From Candidatus Roizmanbacteria bacterium (GTDB lineage Bacteria; Patescibacteriota; Microgenomatia; UBA1406), in assembly GCA_024654535.1 (NCBI GenBank), contig JANLHL010000016.1:32626-96625 (forward strand): a stretch of 64,000 bases of DNA. Reading direction: 5' to 3'. The notes under the pieces are model-generated. The model made no database searches, was not told the origin of the DNA, and was given only the letters and a program-made list of their open reading frames with translations. Position 1 is the stretch's first letter, and every line of letters starts with the position of its first letter. The translations under genes and the position numbers were made by a program. Below, in pieces: positions 19,748 to 29,675 of this stretch.

Positions 19748-20094
19748 CACGAGTTAAAAGAGGTGTAGTCACACGAAGAAAACATAAAAAACTTTTGGGT
19801 CTTGCAAAAGGTTATGAAATGAGCCGCAGTAGCAGGCTTAGTGTAGCAAAAGAGACCGTGTTGCATGCTGGTGAATACGCATTTGCAGGAAGACGAAAAA
19901 GAAAGGGCGATTTTAGAAGGACATGGATTGTTCGTATCAATGCGGCTCTTCGTGGCATGGATATGACCTATTCTTCCTTTATAGCACTTATGAAGAAAAA
20001 AAACATTGGCCTGGATAGAAAAATTTTGAGCGCATTAGCTCAAAAGGAACAGATTTTCAAAAATGTAGTCGATGCAGTAAAAAAACAAAAATAA
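19744..20094 (+). CDS. rplT: 50S ribosomal protein L20
   Basis: MTRVKRG...FRRTWIVRINAA...LDRKIL. Confidence 0.97.
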   Translation: MTRVKRGVVTRRKHKKLLGLAKGYEMSRSSRLSVAKETVLHAGEYAFAGRRKRKGDFRRTWIVRINAALRGMDMTYSSFIALMKKKNIGLDRKILSALAQKEQIFKNVVDAVKKQK

Positions 20095-20098
20095 ACTC

Positions 20099-21142
20099 AT
20101 GGATTCACACATACAGTCAAGACTCAACTTGTATGTTCGTTCGCTAGAAAATGCGTCTTCCCTCGAGGATCTTCTGAAAATTCATATAGAAATCTTTGGT
20201 AAAAAAGGATATTTTGCACACCTTTTTCAAACTCTTGCACAAGAGAGCGATATGGAAAAGAAAAAGACTATGGGTGCTTTTTTCAATACAGAGAAACAAA
20301 AACTCGAACATGTTTTCAGTAAAAGACAAGACGAATTTTTACAGACAAAACAAGATGTTGTGGGCGATGTTACCGTGCCTGGTATTGGGCCAAAGTTGGG
20401 CAGTATGCATATTGTTACGAGCGCTATTGAAGAAATACGTCGTATCTATTCGCGTATAGGTTTTTATCAATATTCATATCCAGAAGTTGAGTGGGAATAC
20501 TTTTCATTTGAAGCCCTTAATATGCCTGCCGATCACCCAGCACGTGATGATTTTGAAACTTTTTTTGTCGATGGTCCAGTATCTAAAAAATATGGCAGAA
20601 TGGTACTAACTCCTCATACTTCAAACGGTCAAGTACGTGAGATGTTGCGACTTGGAAAGCCGCCGATACGTATGATTAATATTGCTCGTTGTTATAGGCC
20701 CAATTGGGATGTTACCCACGTGCCGATGATGCATCAGTTCGAGGGTTTATGCGTTGATAAAGGGATATCAATACAACACCTTAAAGGTACGATGAGTTAT
20801 TTCGCACGAGAATTTTTTGGTTACGATGTAAAAACGCGTCTTCGACCCCACAACTTTGAATTTACTGAACCGTCATTTGAGGTTGATATAAGCTGCATTC
20901 ACTGCAATGGGACAGGTATCACAAAGGAAGGCAAATGTCGTATCTGTAAAAGTGGCTGGTTAGAACTGGGTGGTTCTGGCTTAGTCCACCCAAACGTGCT
21001 CAAAGCTGGTGGTATAGATAGCTCTGTCTATAGTGGTTGGGCATTTGGTTTTGGTATTGAGCGTGTTGCTATGATTAAATATCAAATTGACGATATACGT
21101 AAGTTATATAGCGGTGAATTACGCTACGTTTTAGAGAGCTAA
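20099..21142 (+). CDS. pheS: Phenylalanine--tRNA ligase alpha subunit
   Basis: HPARD, PHTS, FTEPS, GWAFGFGIER. Confidence 0.96.
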   Translation: MDSHIQSRLNLYVRSLENASSLEDLLKIHIEIFGKKGYFAHLFQTLAQESDMEKKKTMGAFFNTEKQKLEHVFSKRQDEFLQTKQDVVGDVTVPGIGPKLGSMHIVTSAIEEIRRIYSRIGFYQYSYPEVEWEYFSFEALNMPADHPARDDFETFFVDGPVSKKYGRMVLTPHTSNGQVREMLRLGKPPIRMINIARCYRPNWDVTHVPMMHQFEGLCVDKGISIQHLKGTMSYFAREFFGYDVKTRLRPHNFEFTEPSFEVDISCIHCNGTGITKEGKCRICKSGWLELGGSGLVHPNVLKAGGIDSSVYSGWAFGFGIERVAMIKYQIDDIRKLYSGELRYVLES

Positions 21143-21143
21143 C

Positions 21144-23129
21144 ATGAATATACTATTACCATACTCGAGCATTAAGAAACGCCTGACTACAGATACCACC
21201 GTTGAAGAATTTCAACGTTTTCTTTCGTTGTGTGGCCCTTCAATAGAGCGTATTGAAAAGATAGGTAATGACTACGTCATGGATATCGAAGTGACTACAA
21301 ATCGCATCGATATGGCGTGTGTGGCAGGAATAGTACAAGAAGCAAACGCAATTCTGCCACTTTTTGATAAAAAGGTTTCTGTATCAGAAAATTTACTGAC
21401 CGATTATTCATTGTCTCAACTTAATTTTCCAAAAGAGGATTTGTTACACGTCATCAATGACTTTTCGTTGAGCCCTCGTATTACCGCGGTGGTATTTGAA
21501 AATATTATTTTGCAAGAATCTTCAGAAGAAATACGGACATTTTTAGAAAAGGTAGGTGTTCGACCAATAAATAACGTTGTTGATATATCGAATTATCTTA
21601 TGTATTTGTTCGGTCAACCGGTCCATATATTTGATTACGATAAAATTGGTGGTGGAATTATCAAATTACGAAAAAGCAAAAAAGGTGAAAAAATTGAGCT
21701 TTTGGATGAAAAAACCTACACATTGCCTGGTAACGATATAGTTATAGAAGATGGGAATGGCAAACTCATCGATCTTTGTGGCATTATGGGAGGTAAGGTA
21801 AGCGAGGTAGACGAGCACACAAAGCGTATAGTGCTTTTTGTTCCCTCGTACAGTAAGAAATATATTCGAAAAACATCTATGCTGACAGCTGCGCGCAGCA
21901 CTGCTTCTTCATACTATGAGAAGGGGATAGACACAGCACGTGTTGAACCTACCTTTACGTACGGTGTGAAATTGCTTACAGAGCACGCGCAGGCTCACAT
22001 GTCATCGCGCTTGGTAGATGTTCATGAGGGGCTGTATACGCCTCGATCAATTTCAGTTACTGCGCAGTATATTATAGATACGATTGGTGAATCAGTCGAT
22101 GAACACGTCGTAGAAAATATATTGTCTTCACTTGGATTTGGTGTTACGAAAAGTGGAAAGTCAATACAGGTGACGGTGCCATTTTGGCGTCAGTTTGACG
22201 TTTTTGAACCGCACGATATTGTTGAAGAAGTAGCACGTATATATGGTTATCATACGATTAATGAGGTCATGTCTCCGTTTTCTCTCGTGCGTGATGAAAA
22301 AATACGTGAGTTTGAAGAATCGTACAGAGCAGAAACAGCGGTAAAAACATACCTTTGTAATACAGGTTTCATAGAAATGTATAACTACTCTATGGAGTCT
22401 TTGGAAATGCTCGGTTACTTTTCATCTGATCCGAAATGCCATTTGCGTATATCAAACCCAATATCTGAAGATCTTGTCTATATGCGGCAGTCAATTATCC
22501 CGTCGCTTTATAAAAATATGCTTGATAATACTCAGTTTGAACACTTGTCACTTTTTGAAATAGCAAACATATATATACCGCGCGCAGCAGATTTACCCAA
22601 TGAAGTACGCACACTTGGCATACTTGTTCAAGATTCACTATCTTCATTAAAAATGACACTACAGAATTGCGTTACACAACTTAATACCTCTATAGAATAT
22701 AAAAAAGGGTCCCTTGACTACGCAACAAACGAATGTATAGAGCTTTATAGCAATGGTACTTTTGTAGGGTACGCCGGTCGATTGTTACCGGCACTTGAAC
22801 AAAGAATAGGAAAAAAATTGGTATTTGCTGAGTTGAAGTGGGACGCACTAGTAACGAGAACTCGCGCAAAACAAACTTTATTAAAGAAAAAACCACAATA
22901 CGTTATCGAAGATATTACCTATACATACAAAGCTGGTTTAGAATGGTTTGAGCTTACTTCTAATGTGCAAAAGAAATTTTCGGAAATACAGAGAATAGAG
23001 TATAGGGATGAGTACAAAGATAATATTACAATGAGGCTCTATACACTACCAGAAAAAGGACAATCGATTGTAAAGAAATGTGTGGAATATATGCGAAATG
23101 AACTTGGAATTGTGGTAAAGGCGAAATAA
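21144..23129 (+). CDS. pheT: Phenylalanine--tRNA ligase beta subunit (short form)
   Basis: TNRID, RPINNVVDISNY, GIMGG, EEVARIYGY, NPIS. Confidence 0.93.
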   Translation: MNILLPYSSIKKRLTTDTTVEEFQRFLSLCGPSIERIEKIGNDYVMDIEVTTNRIDMACVAGIVQEANAILPLFDKKVSVSENLLTDYSLSQLNFPKEDLLHVINDFSLSPRITAVVFENIILQESSEEIRTFLEKVGVRPINNVVDISNYLMYLFGQPVHIFDYDKIGGGIIKLRKSKKGEKIELLDEKTYTLPGNDIVIEDGNGKLIDLCGIMGGKVSEVDEHTKRIVLFVPSYSKKYIRKTSMLTAARSTASSYYEKGIDTARVEPTFTYGVKLLTEHAQAHMSSRLVDVHEGLYTPRSISVTAQYIIDTIGESVDEHVVENILSSLGFGVTKSGKSIQVTVPFWRQFDVFEPHDIVEEVARIYGYHTINEVMSPFSLVRDEKIREFEESYRAETAVKTYLCNTGFIEMYNYSMESLEMLGYFSSDPKCHLRISNPISEDLVYMRQSIIPSLYKNMLDNTQFEHLSLFEIANIYIPRAADLPNEVRTLGILVQDSLSSLKMTLQNCVTQLNTSIEYKKGSLDYATNECIELYSNGTFVGYAGRLLPALEQRIGKKLVFAELKWDALVTRTRAKQTLLKKKPQYVIEDITYTYKAGLEWFELTSNVQKKFSEIQRIEYRDEYKDNITMRLYTLPEKGQSIVKKCVEYMRNELGIVVKAK

Positions 23130-23675
23130 TTACACTCGATAGAAATACGTTTTGAAGTTTCCTTCTCTAATAGTATGCCAGCATTTGTTGTTCCAGTTTT
23201 TTATTTTAAACCCGTGTGAGATGATGAGAGTATTTTTTTTACACTCAGTGAGTAATTTAGCAGAGAGTTGTGCAACTATTTCAGGATAAAGAAAAAAATA
23301 AATAACGGTTGCCTGTTTGAGATCCGTAGCATATATATCTTCATGAATAAACTCTGATTTATTTGGAGGCTCAAAGTATTTTTTTCGAAATAGACAAAAG
23401 GTATACAAAAGCTTATTAAGCTCTACACCAATGCATCGCGCTTGTGAATGCTGAGCAACAAAAAAAACAACATTACCATTACCACTGCCCAAATCGTAGA
23501 AAATGTCAGTCGAGCTGAGTGGTATAGAGGAAAAAATTCGTGTTAAATCTTTCCTTCTCGTTGGTACGAAGGGAACTCCTATTTGCTGAGAAATAAAAAG
23601 CGCTAAGAAAAAGAGGATAAAAAATACGAGGATAATTGTTAACAGGAAAAGAGCGATAATACTAGAGATTTCCAT
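23130..23675 (-). CDS. Membrane-anchored class I SAM-dependent methyltransferase
   Basis: PFVPT, YDLGSGNG, GVELN motifs. Confidence 0.8.
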   Translation of the reverse strand: MEISSIIALFLLTIILVFFILFFLALFISQQIGVPFVPTRRKDLTRIFSSIPLSSTDIFYDLGSGNGNVVFFVAQHSQARCIGVELNKLLYTFCLFRKKYFEPPNKSEFIHEDIYATDLKQATVIYFFLYPEIVAQLSAKLLTECKKNTLIISHGFKIKNWNNKCWHTIREGNFKTYFYRV

Positions 23676-23763
23676 TGTGTGAATAATTATATGTACTTTT
23701 CTTTATTATTTGTTGTACTGCTATTCTATACATTTTATGTACAAGTGGTATAAAATTGTATCA

Positions 23764-25098
23764 ATGGATATTGAGAGAATAGCTGAGGAGTTTAAAAATA
23801 AGAATATTGTATTAGTCGGATTGGGGTTGCAGGGTGGTGCCGTTGGCGTTGCAAAATTTTTATCTCGTTTTGTATCTCTCTGTACTGTTACCGATTTGAG
23901 AAAAGAGACGGAACTTCGCCCATCAATAGATGCGCTACAATACTTTAAAAATATACAGTTTGAGTTAGGCGAGCATAGACCTTCAACTTTTTTATCTGCT
24001 GATTGTATAGTGATTGGTCCGTCTGTGCGCTTAGATATGCCACAGTTGGTGAGCGCACGAGAAAAAGGTATCCCCATAGTAAGCGAGATGGAACTTTTTT
24101 TTAAATACAATTCGCGACCTGTTATCGGTGTTACTGGAACTCGTGGGAAGACCACCACAACGACACTTATATACGAAATGCTCAAAATGGACAAGAGAAA
24201 TGTTCTTCTCGGTGGAAATATCCCAGGTAGCTCTACTTTGTCTCTTTTGGAAAAAGAGTGCGATTTGGTTTTGCTGGAACTATCCTCGTGGCAATTGTCC
24301 GGGTTGCATAGAATAGGTATAAGTCCGCATATAGCTGTATTCACCAATTTCTTTCCTGATCACCTTAATTTTTACTCTTCTATGGATGATTATTTGTTCG
24401 ATAAACAGGCAATCTATACTTTTCAGAACGACAAAGACCACCTTGTCGTAAATAAATCGCTGCAAAAAATTATTGAAAAAAATATGCCACGATCACGCGT
24501 TCATTATTTTACTCAAAACACGTATACCAAAAAAATTGCATTACTAGGTGATCATAATCGAGAAAATGTCTCTGCAGCTTTTACCGTTGGAGAAATTTTG
24601 GGCGTTTCGCCACAAGCACTTTCAGTATTAAGCACATTCAAAGGCGTATCTTTTCGGCTTGAGAATATCGAAACGATTAATGGCGTAGATATATACAACG
24701 ATACAACCTCTACGACACCTATCGCAGGCATACGGGCTCTTGAAGCAATCCACGATCGTTACAAGCGGATAATACTTATCACAGGGGGTAACAGTAAGGG
24801 CTTACCCGTTGAGGAGTGGTTGGGAACCGTACAGTCGTTTGCAACAAGAGTGGTATGCATGGAGGGAACGTTTACTGATAGTATTTTGCCAAGGCTTGAT
24901 AAAAGTAAGTTATTGGCTTTAATTCCTATGAGTAATTTAAAGTCAATACTTTCGCTTGCGATGAAGTATTCGCAACCGGGAGATGCTATTCTATTTTCAC
25001 CATCTGCTACTTCATTCGCTATGTTTAAAAATGAATTCGATAGGGGAGAGCAATTTAATAAAATTGTAGAGGAGTATAGTAAGCAGTACGATAAATAG
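23764..25098 (+). CDS. murD: UDP-MurNAc-L-Ala--D-glutamate ligase
   Basis: GTRGKTTT, GGNI, ELSSWQL, DHLN, SPSATSF..F.NEFDRG; start moved to 23764. Confidence 0.93.
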   Translation: MDIERIAEEFKNKNIVLVGLGLQGGAVGVAKFLSRFVSLCTVTDLRKETELRPSIDALQYFKNIQFELGEHRPSTFLSADCIVIGPSVRLDMPQLVSAREKGIPIVSEMELFFKYNSRPVIGVTGTRGKTTTTTLIYEMLKMDKRNVLLGGNIPGSSTLSLLEKECDLVLLELSSWQLSGLHRIGISPHIAVFTNFFPDHLNFYSSMDDYLFDKQAIYTFQNDKDHLVVNKSLQKIIEKNMPRSRVHYFTQNTYTKKIALLGDHNRENVSAAFTVGEILGVSPQALSVLSTFKGVSFRLENIETINGVDIYNDTTSTTPIAGIRALEAIHDRYKRIILITGGNSKGLPVEEWLGTVQSFATRVVCMEGTFTDSILPRLDKSKLLALIPMSNLKSILSLAMKYSQPGDAILFSPSATSFAMFKNEFDRGEQFNKIVEEYSKQYDK

Positions 25099-25137
25099 GG
25101 CGAATCTATCTATTTGCTATAATGGGAGGTAGACTAT

Positions 25138-25209
25138 GCCTCTGTAGCTTAACGGATAGAGTAGCGGTCTTCGGAACCGCTGGTAGAGGTTCGATTCCTC
25201 TCAGAGGCA
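25138..25209 (+). tRNA. tRNA-Arg(UCG)
   Basis: GCCTCTG/CAGAGGC acceptor stem; GCGGT-CTTCGGA-ACCGC anticodon arm. Confidence 0.93.
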
Positions 25210-25276
25210 CAAGGGAATTTAAAGTTGAAAATTAAAAATTTAGAATTTGAAACAGCGCACTGTTTAATACAAAAAC

Positions 25277-26860
25277 ATGGGAATTTCACAGTTTACGCGA
25301 TCGCTAATCGACGAAACCCAGCGCGTCAGCACAGAGGCCGTGCAGGATGAGGGCGATTTTATTGAAGTTTCTAAAACAGTTTCTTTCTTTGCAATTGCGT
25401 ACGAAAAAATTCGAAACGTAATTGAATTTAAAGATGACCACATTATTCGTCGTAATGCAATAAATAGAATTGTACGCAGACGGCTTGCTTTTAATCCATC
25501 CTTAACTAACGAAAGCCTATCAATTGCCAAAGAGATAGTATGGGCAGGGTATGTGTCTAGTAATAGAATTCCTGAGCAGAAAATAGACCGTCTGGACAAA
25601 ATAATTCGATGGTATATCGGTCTTAGAAATGAGATAGTCAAAGCACAAACATCGAGTCGACGTTCGTACTATATACAGTTCGTATATGATTTGCTAGTTT
25701 CACAAATCGAAGAATTGTTTGCTGAAAAAGAGTTTAGTATTCGTAAATTTTTTACCTTTTATATTTATCAAGTGCTTAATCCACAGATTGAGATTCAAGG
25801 ACTTGATGAGTCTGAAAAGAATCTCTATTTTTATATAGCAACCGAGAAGGTACTTTTAAAAAGTGATACGCCATATTTGCGTTTTCACTTAATGAAACTT
25901 TTATCTGAGCAGCTGCTTCGTGTTGCGCCTGACTCATTTAGTGAACACGTGGAGCAATTTAAACGCGCATTTTCGTATATAGACAGCAAAATAGAGCAGC
26001 CGATCAATCAAAAAGTTCTCCAGTATTTACGCAATCAACGTCCCGCGTTTCTTATTTTTCAGGAATTTATTATGCGTCATCAGGGGAAACTTGCAGAAAT
26101 CATGGATGACCCTGTGAAGTTCAAGGGATCAATTGAAGCAATTTGCCGAGATAAGTATGAGAACGCAAAAGAAAAATTGAGAAGAGCTGGATTTAGAAGT
26201 ATTATCTATATTTTCCTAACAAAAATGTTGTTTGTACTCGCCGCAGAATACCCGCTTATGTTGCGGCTTGGGGAAAAAATAGACTATATGACGTTAGGCA
26301 TAAATGCGCTGTTCCCTGTACTTCTTATGGTTTTATTTGTTGGGTTGGTTGAAGTACCAGATGATGAAAATACCGCTCGCATTTATGAAAAAATAAATGC
26401 ATTTGTTTACGGTGAGAAAATGCAAATAGCAGTCTTTCGAGAGAGAAAGAAAGCAAAACGTGGTTTCATAGCTCAGATTTTGTTTTGGTTATTCTACGTT
26501 GTAACATTTGGTACAACGTTTTATTCGATAGATCTCGTTTTAGATATGCTGAACTTCCAGCTGATGAGTAAGGCTATATTCTTCTTTTTTGTAACCGCTG
26601 TTAGTTTCTTTGGTTACAGAGTGCGTCAAATTGCCAAGGAATATATAATAAAAGAAAAAGATTCTGTACTAACCCCTGTCTATGATTTTTTTATGATTCC
26701 ACTTATTTCAGTAGGAAAATGGCTTAGTAGCGAAATATCCAAGATAAACGTACTTATATTTATATTCGATTTCCTTATTGAAGCTCCGTTTAAAGTGCTC
26801 TTTGAGGTAATAGAGGAGTGGATTGGCTTTTTGAAGCATCGGAAAGAGGAAATGGTATAA
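25277..26860 (+). CDS. Conserved hypothetical membrane protein
   Basis: 527-aa ORF with soluble N-terminal region and several C-terminal TM segments. Confidence 0.75.
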   Translation: MGISQFTRSLIDETQRVSTEAVQDEGDFIEVSKTVSFFAIAYEKIRNVIEFKDDHIIRRNAINRIVRRRLAFNPSLTNESLSIAKEIVWAGYVSSNRIPEQKIDRLDKIIRWYIGLRNEIVKAQTSSRRSYYIQFVYDLLVSQIEELFAEKEFSIRKFFTFYIYQVLNPQIEIQGLDESEKNLYFYIATEKVLLKSDTPYLRFHLMKLLSEQLLRVAPDSFSEHVEQFKRAFSYIDSKIEQPINQKVLQYLRNQRPAFLIFQEFIMRHQGKLAEIMDDPVKFKGSIEAICRDKYENAKEKLRRAGFRSIIYIFLTKMLFVLAAEYPLMLRLGEKIDYMTLGINALFPVLLMVLFVGLVEVPDDENTARIYEKINAFVYGEKMQIAVFRERKKAKRGFIAQILFWLFYVVTFGTTFYSIDLVLDMLNFQLMSKAIFFFFVTAVSFFGYRVRQIAKEYIIKEKDSVLTPVYDFFMIPLISVGKWLSSEISKINVLIFIFDFLIEAPFKVLFEVIEEWIGFLKHRKEEMV

Positions 26861-26867
26861 TTAACTA

Positions 26868-27092
26868 TTACATCCGTTATTAAAGAGAGTCGCGCCTCTT
26901 GAATCGTAAGATACGGATCGTGCAAAATACACGACGGAATAGTGCCCGTAATAGCACGAAGCTCTTGTCACCAAATCGGTAAACAGAGAGAGCGTAAGGT
27001 TCTATCGGCAACGGTGGAATAAAGCACAGTGGTACCACGGCAAAGCCGTCTGTGTTTGTCTAGAAAACTAGGCAGACATAGGCGGCTTTTTT
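26868..27092 (+). ncRNA. T-box riboswitch (transcriptional; probable Arg specifier)
   Basis: Antiterminator CACAG-TGGTACC-ACGG-caaag-CCGT-CTGTG (27025-54), overlapping long terminator with T-run, GTGC-CCGTAATA-GCAC stem IIA-like element. Confidence 0.85.
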
Positions 27093-27106
27093 AGTTGGGG
27101 AAAAAT

Positions 27107-27676
27107 ATGAATATTGAACAAAAAGATATACAGTATGTAGTGGTCGATCAAACGCATTTTGGGCTCCTTGCCCAAGCAAGTGCACTTATTGGTTCGTATG
27201 CAGAAAAGGGTCTTATGCTCGAACAGACTGAAGAAGCTTTAGCGAGGATGTCGCAAGAAGGGTCACTTGTGGTTGCACTTTTATCTGAAAACGGCAATCG
27301 GCATGTTGTGGGAAGTATTGCTATAACGACACAGTGGCCAGACGGAAAGCGAGAGCTGGGTGCGTGGGCAGTGCATGAAGAATTACGACGCCATGGTATT
27401 GGTATACAGCTTCTAGAGGCACTCGCAGTGCATCTTAGTGGTACGCGAGAAGGGTTACAACAAGTGATAGCATTTGCCAATAATAACTCTGGGCCAATAT
27501 TTGAAAGTCTTGGAGCTACTCCACTACCACATGCTAAAATGCATCCAGATGCATTTGTTCCGTGTCAATCGTGTCATTGCGATAAAGTGTGCCTCGCTCC
27601 TGGCCAAATGTGTGTCGATACTATATTTAATCTATCGCCAGTCATGCAGGAGCTTTCAGAAGGGTATAATAAATGA
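27107..27676 (+). CDS. GNAT acetyltransferase, short N-acetylglutamate synthase (ArgA)-like
   Basis: ELGAWAV...RRHGIG acetyl-CoA motif; C-terminal Cys cluster as in short ArgA; T-box upstream. Confidence 0.65.
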   Translation: MNIEQKDIQYVVVDQTHFGLLAQASALIGSYAEKGLMLEQTEEALARMSQEGSLVVALLSENGNRHVVGSIAITTQWPDGKRELGAWAVHEELRRHGIGIQLLEALAVHLSGTREGLQQVIAFANNNSGPIFESLGATPLPHAKMHPDAFVPCQSCHCDKVCLAPGQMCVDTIFNLSPVMQELSEGYNK

Positions 27677-27695
27677 TTACAAGTTAGATAAACAT

Positions 27696-28796
27696 ATGAA
27701 TTACATTGAAAAACTAATAGCCATACAGTCTGTGTCGGGTAGTGAACAAAAGATCCAGGAATATATAGTCAATGAATTAAAAAAGTTTGGTATAGTACCG
27801 CAGAAAATAGGCGAAAATGTTGTTGCTAAAATAACGGGGAAGAACAATAAAAAAGCACTTCTTTTTAATGCTCACGTAGACACAGTACCGGAGGGAAATA
27901 GGAAACTATGGAAAGCCGACCCATTTGTACCAACGGTACGAGGTGACAAAGTCTATGGTCTTGGTGCCAGCGATGAAAAGGGAGGTGTTGCAAGTCTTCT
28001 TTTACTCGCGAAGACGCTGGTCACTTCAATACCAGCGTGTGATGTATGGTTTCATTTTGTTGTGTACGAAGAGTTAGACGGCTCAGGAACGAGAGAAACT
28101 ATGCGGTGGTTTATGAAACAGTACGGGAATGCATATGCGAGTATGGCTGGCATATTAGTTGAGCCAACTGGGCTTGAAGAGATTCAAATAGGCCACAAGG
28201 GAAACATTTTTTTGAAACTGACGTCATATGGTGATAGCGGACATGGTTCACGACCTGAATTGGTTAAGAATCATGCAGTATTTGTCATGTATGAAGCATT
28301 TAAAAAGTTAAAAAAACTTGAAAAAAAGTGGAGCGTTTATAAAGACAATATACTTGGTAGTCCAAGTATTGCTTTGGCAACAAGCATGCATGCGGGCGAT
28401 GAACACGCACCGAATAAATTTCCCGATACGTGCAGCTCTACCGTAGATATCCGTACTACTCCTGCCATGCATGATATAGCTTTACAGCAAGTAAATAAGG
28501 CACTACGTGGTTTGGGTGTTTCAGTAGATACGATGTACGCTCCAGCCTCATATGGGAGAACTTTCGAAACAGATCCACTGGTCAAAGTGTCACGGACCGT
28601 ATTTTCAAACGCTGCAATTACTGTATCAGCCGGATCAACAGATCAGTGTTTTTTTACAGATGTGGGTATAGCGGCAATCATTATAGGACCAGGTGAGAAA
28701 GAATGTATGCATATACCAAACGAATATTGTATTTTGGAAAAGATCCAGCAAGCTTCCGGTGGGTATTATCAGATAGTACAAGCGTGGGGAAAATAG
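27696..28796 (+). CDS. M20 metallo-amidohydrolase (ArgE/DapE-like)
   Basis: NAHVDTV, GLGASDEKGG, EE, GHGS, GPG..MH.PNE; start moved to 27696. Confidence 0.85.
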   Translation: MNYIEKLIAIQSVSGSEQKIQEYIVNELKKFGIVPQKIGENVVAKITGKNNKKALLFNAHVDTVPEGNRKLWKADPFVPTVRGDKVYGLGASDEKGGVASLLLLAKTLVTSIPACDVWFHFVVYEELDGSGTRETMRWFMKQYGNAYASMAGILVEPTGLEEIQIGHKGNIFLKLTSYGDSGHGSRPELVKNHAVFVMYEAFKKLKKLEKKWSVYKDNILGSPSIALATSMHAGDEHAPNKFPDTCSSTVDIRTTPAMHDIALQQVNKALRGLGVSVDTMYAPASYGRTFETDPLVKVSRTVFSNAAITVSAGSTDQCFFTDVGIAAIIIGPGEKECMHIPNEYCILEKIQQASGGYYQIVQAWGK

Positions 28797-28838
28797 AGCA
28801 CTGGTCTTAGTGATATTTCTTAGTATACTGTACGATAT

Positions 28839-29657
28839 ATGCTTGCGACATTTATCATAGGATTTCGTGAATTTCTAGAGGCATTTCTGATAGCGGGAGT
28901 GTTTTTGGGTATGTCTAGAAAACTGAAGCTCAAAAAAGAATTTGAGATTGGTCTTGCTGTAGCGGTTGGTATTTGTATATCGCTTACGCTGGTTGTTGCT
29001 ATGTTTTTCTTTAGCGAACAAGCTCGTTCTGTATTTAGTCAAAGGAATACAGAGCTTCTAGAAAGCTACCTCATGATTTTTTCGGGATTCTTTATAGCTT
29101 ATGTCATTTTTTCGCTTCATTCACTATTTCACAAACACAACGGTGGCACTATATTGCAGGCACACAAAAAACTCCAGGCGCAGGCTTTTGATATGACGCT
29201 GTTTACGACCATTGTTTTTTTGATTCTGCGAGAAGGTGTTGAAATAGCACTTTTTACAGCGAGTACTTCGCTATTTTCTCAATTTTCACAAAACGTACTC
29301 GGACTGTGTATTGCTTTTATATCAGCGGCGCTTGTGGGGATGGGCACATTTGCTGCCTATATAAAAATACCAATCGGCAAAATATTTAGAGTAACTGAGT
29401 ATATGATAGTGCTTTTGGGAGCTTCTATGGTGCAAAATGGCATCACAGAATTACTTGAGCACCAGTGGGGAATAAATATAGAAAATATATTTTCATTTGG
29501 GTGGCATTTTTTACCAGGTAAAGAAACAATTGCAGGCCACTTTTTACAAAGCTTTCTTGGTATTGATAGTGCTATGAGTTTACCGAGACTTGTAATAATG
29601 GTTACATATATAGGTGTCGTGTATGTACTGTTTTTACGAAAAAAGCTGACTAGTTAG
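28839..29657 (+). CDS. FTR1-family iron permease
   Basis: Two RExxE motifs (REFLE, REGVE); multiple TM segments. Confidence 0.85.
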   Translation: MLATFIIGFREFLEAFLIAGVFLGMSRKLKLKKEFEIGLAVAVGICISLTLVVAMFFFSEQARSVFSQRNTELLESYLMIFSGFFIAYVIFSLHSLFHKHNGGTILQAHKKLQAQAFDMTLFTTIVFLILREGVEIALFTASTSLFSQFSQNVLGLCIAFISAALVGMGTFAAYIKIPIGKIFRVTEYMIVLLGASMVQNGITELLEHQWGINIENIFSFGWHFLPGKETIAGHFLQSFLGIDSAMSLPRLVIMVTYIGVVYVLFLRKKLTS

Positions 29658-29675
29658 AAAATTTACATATTTTTT

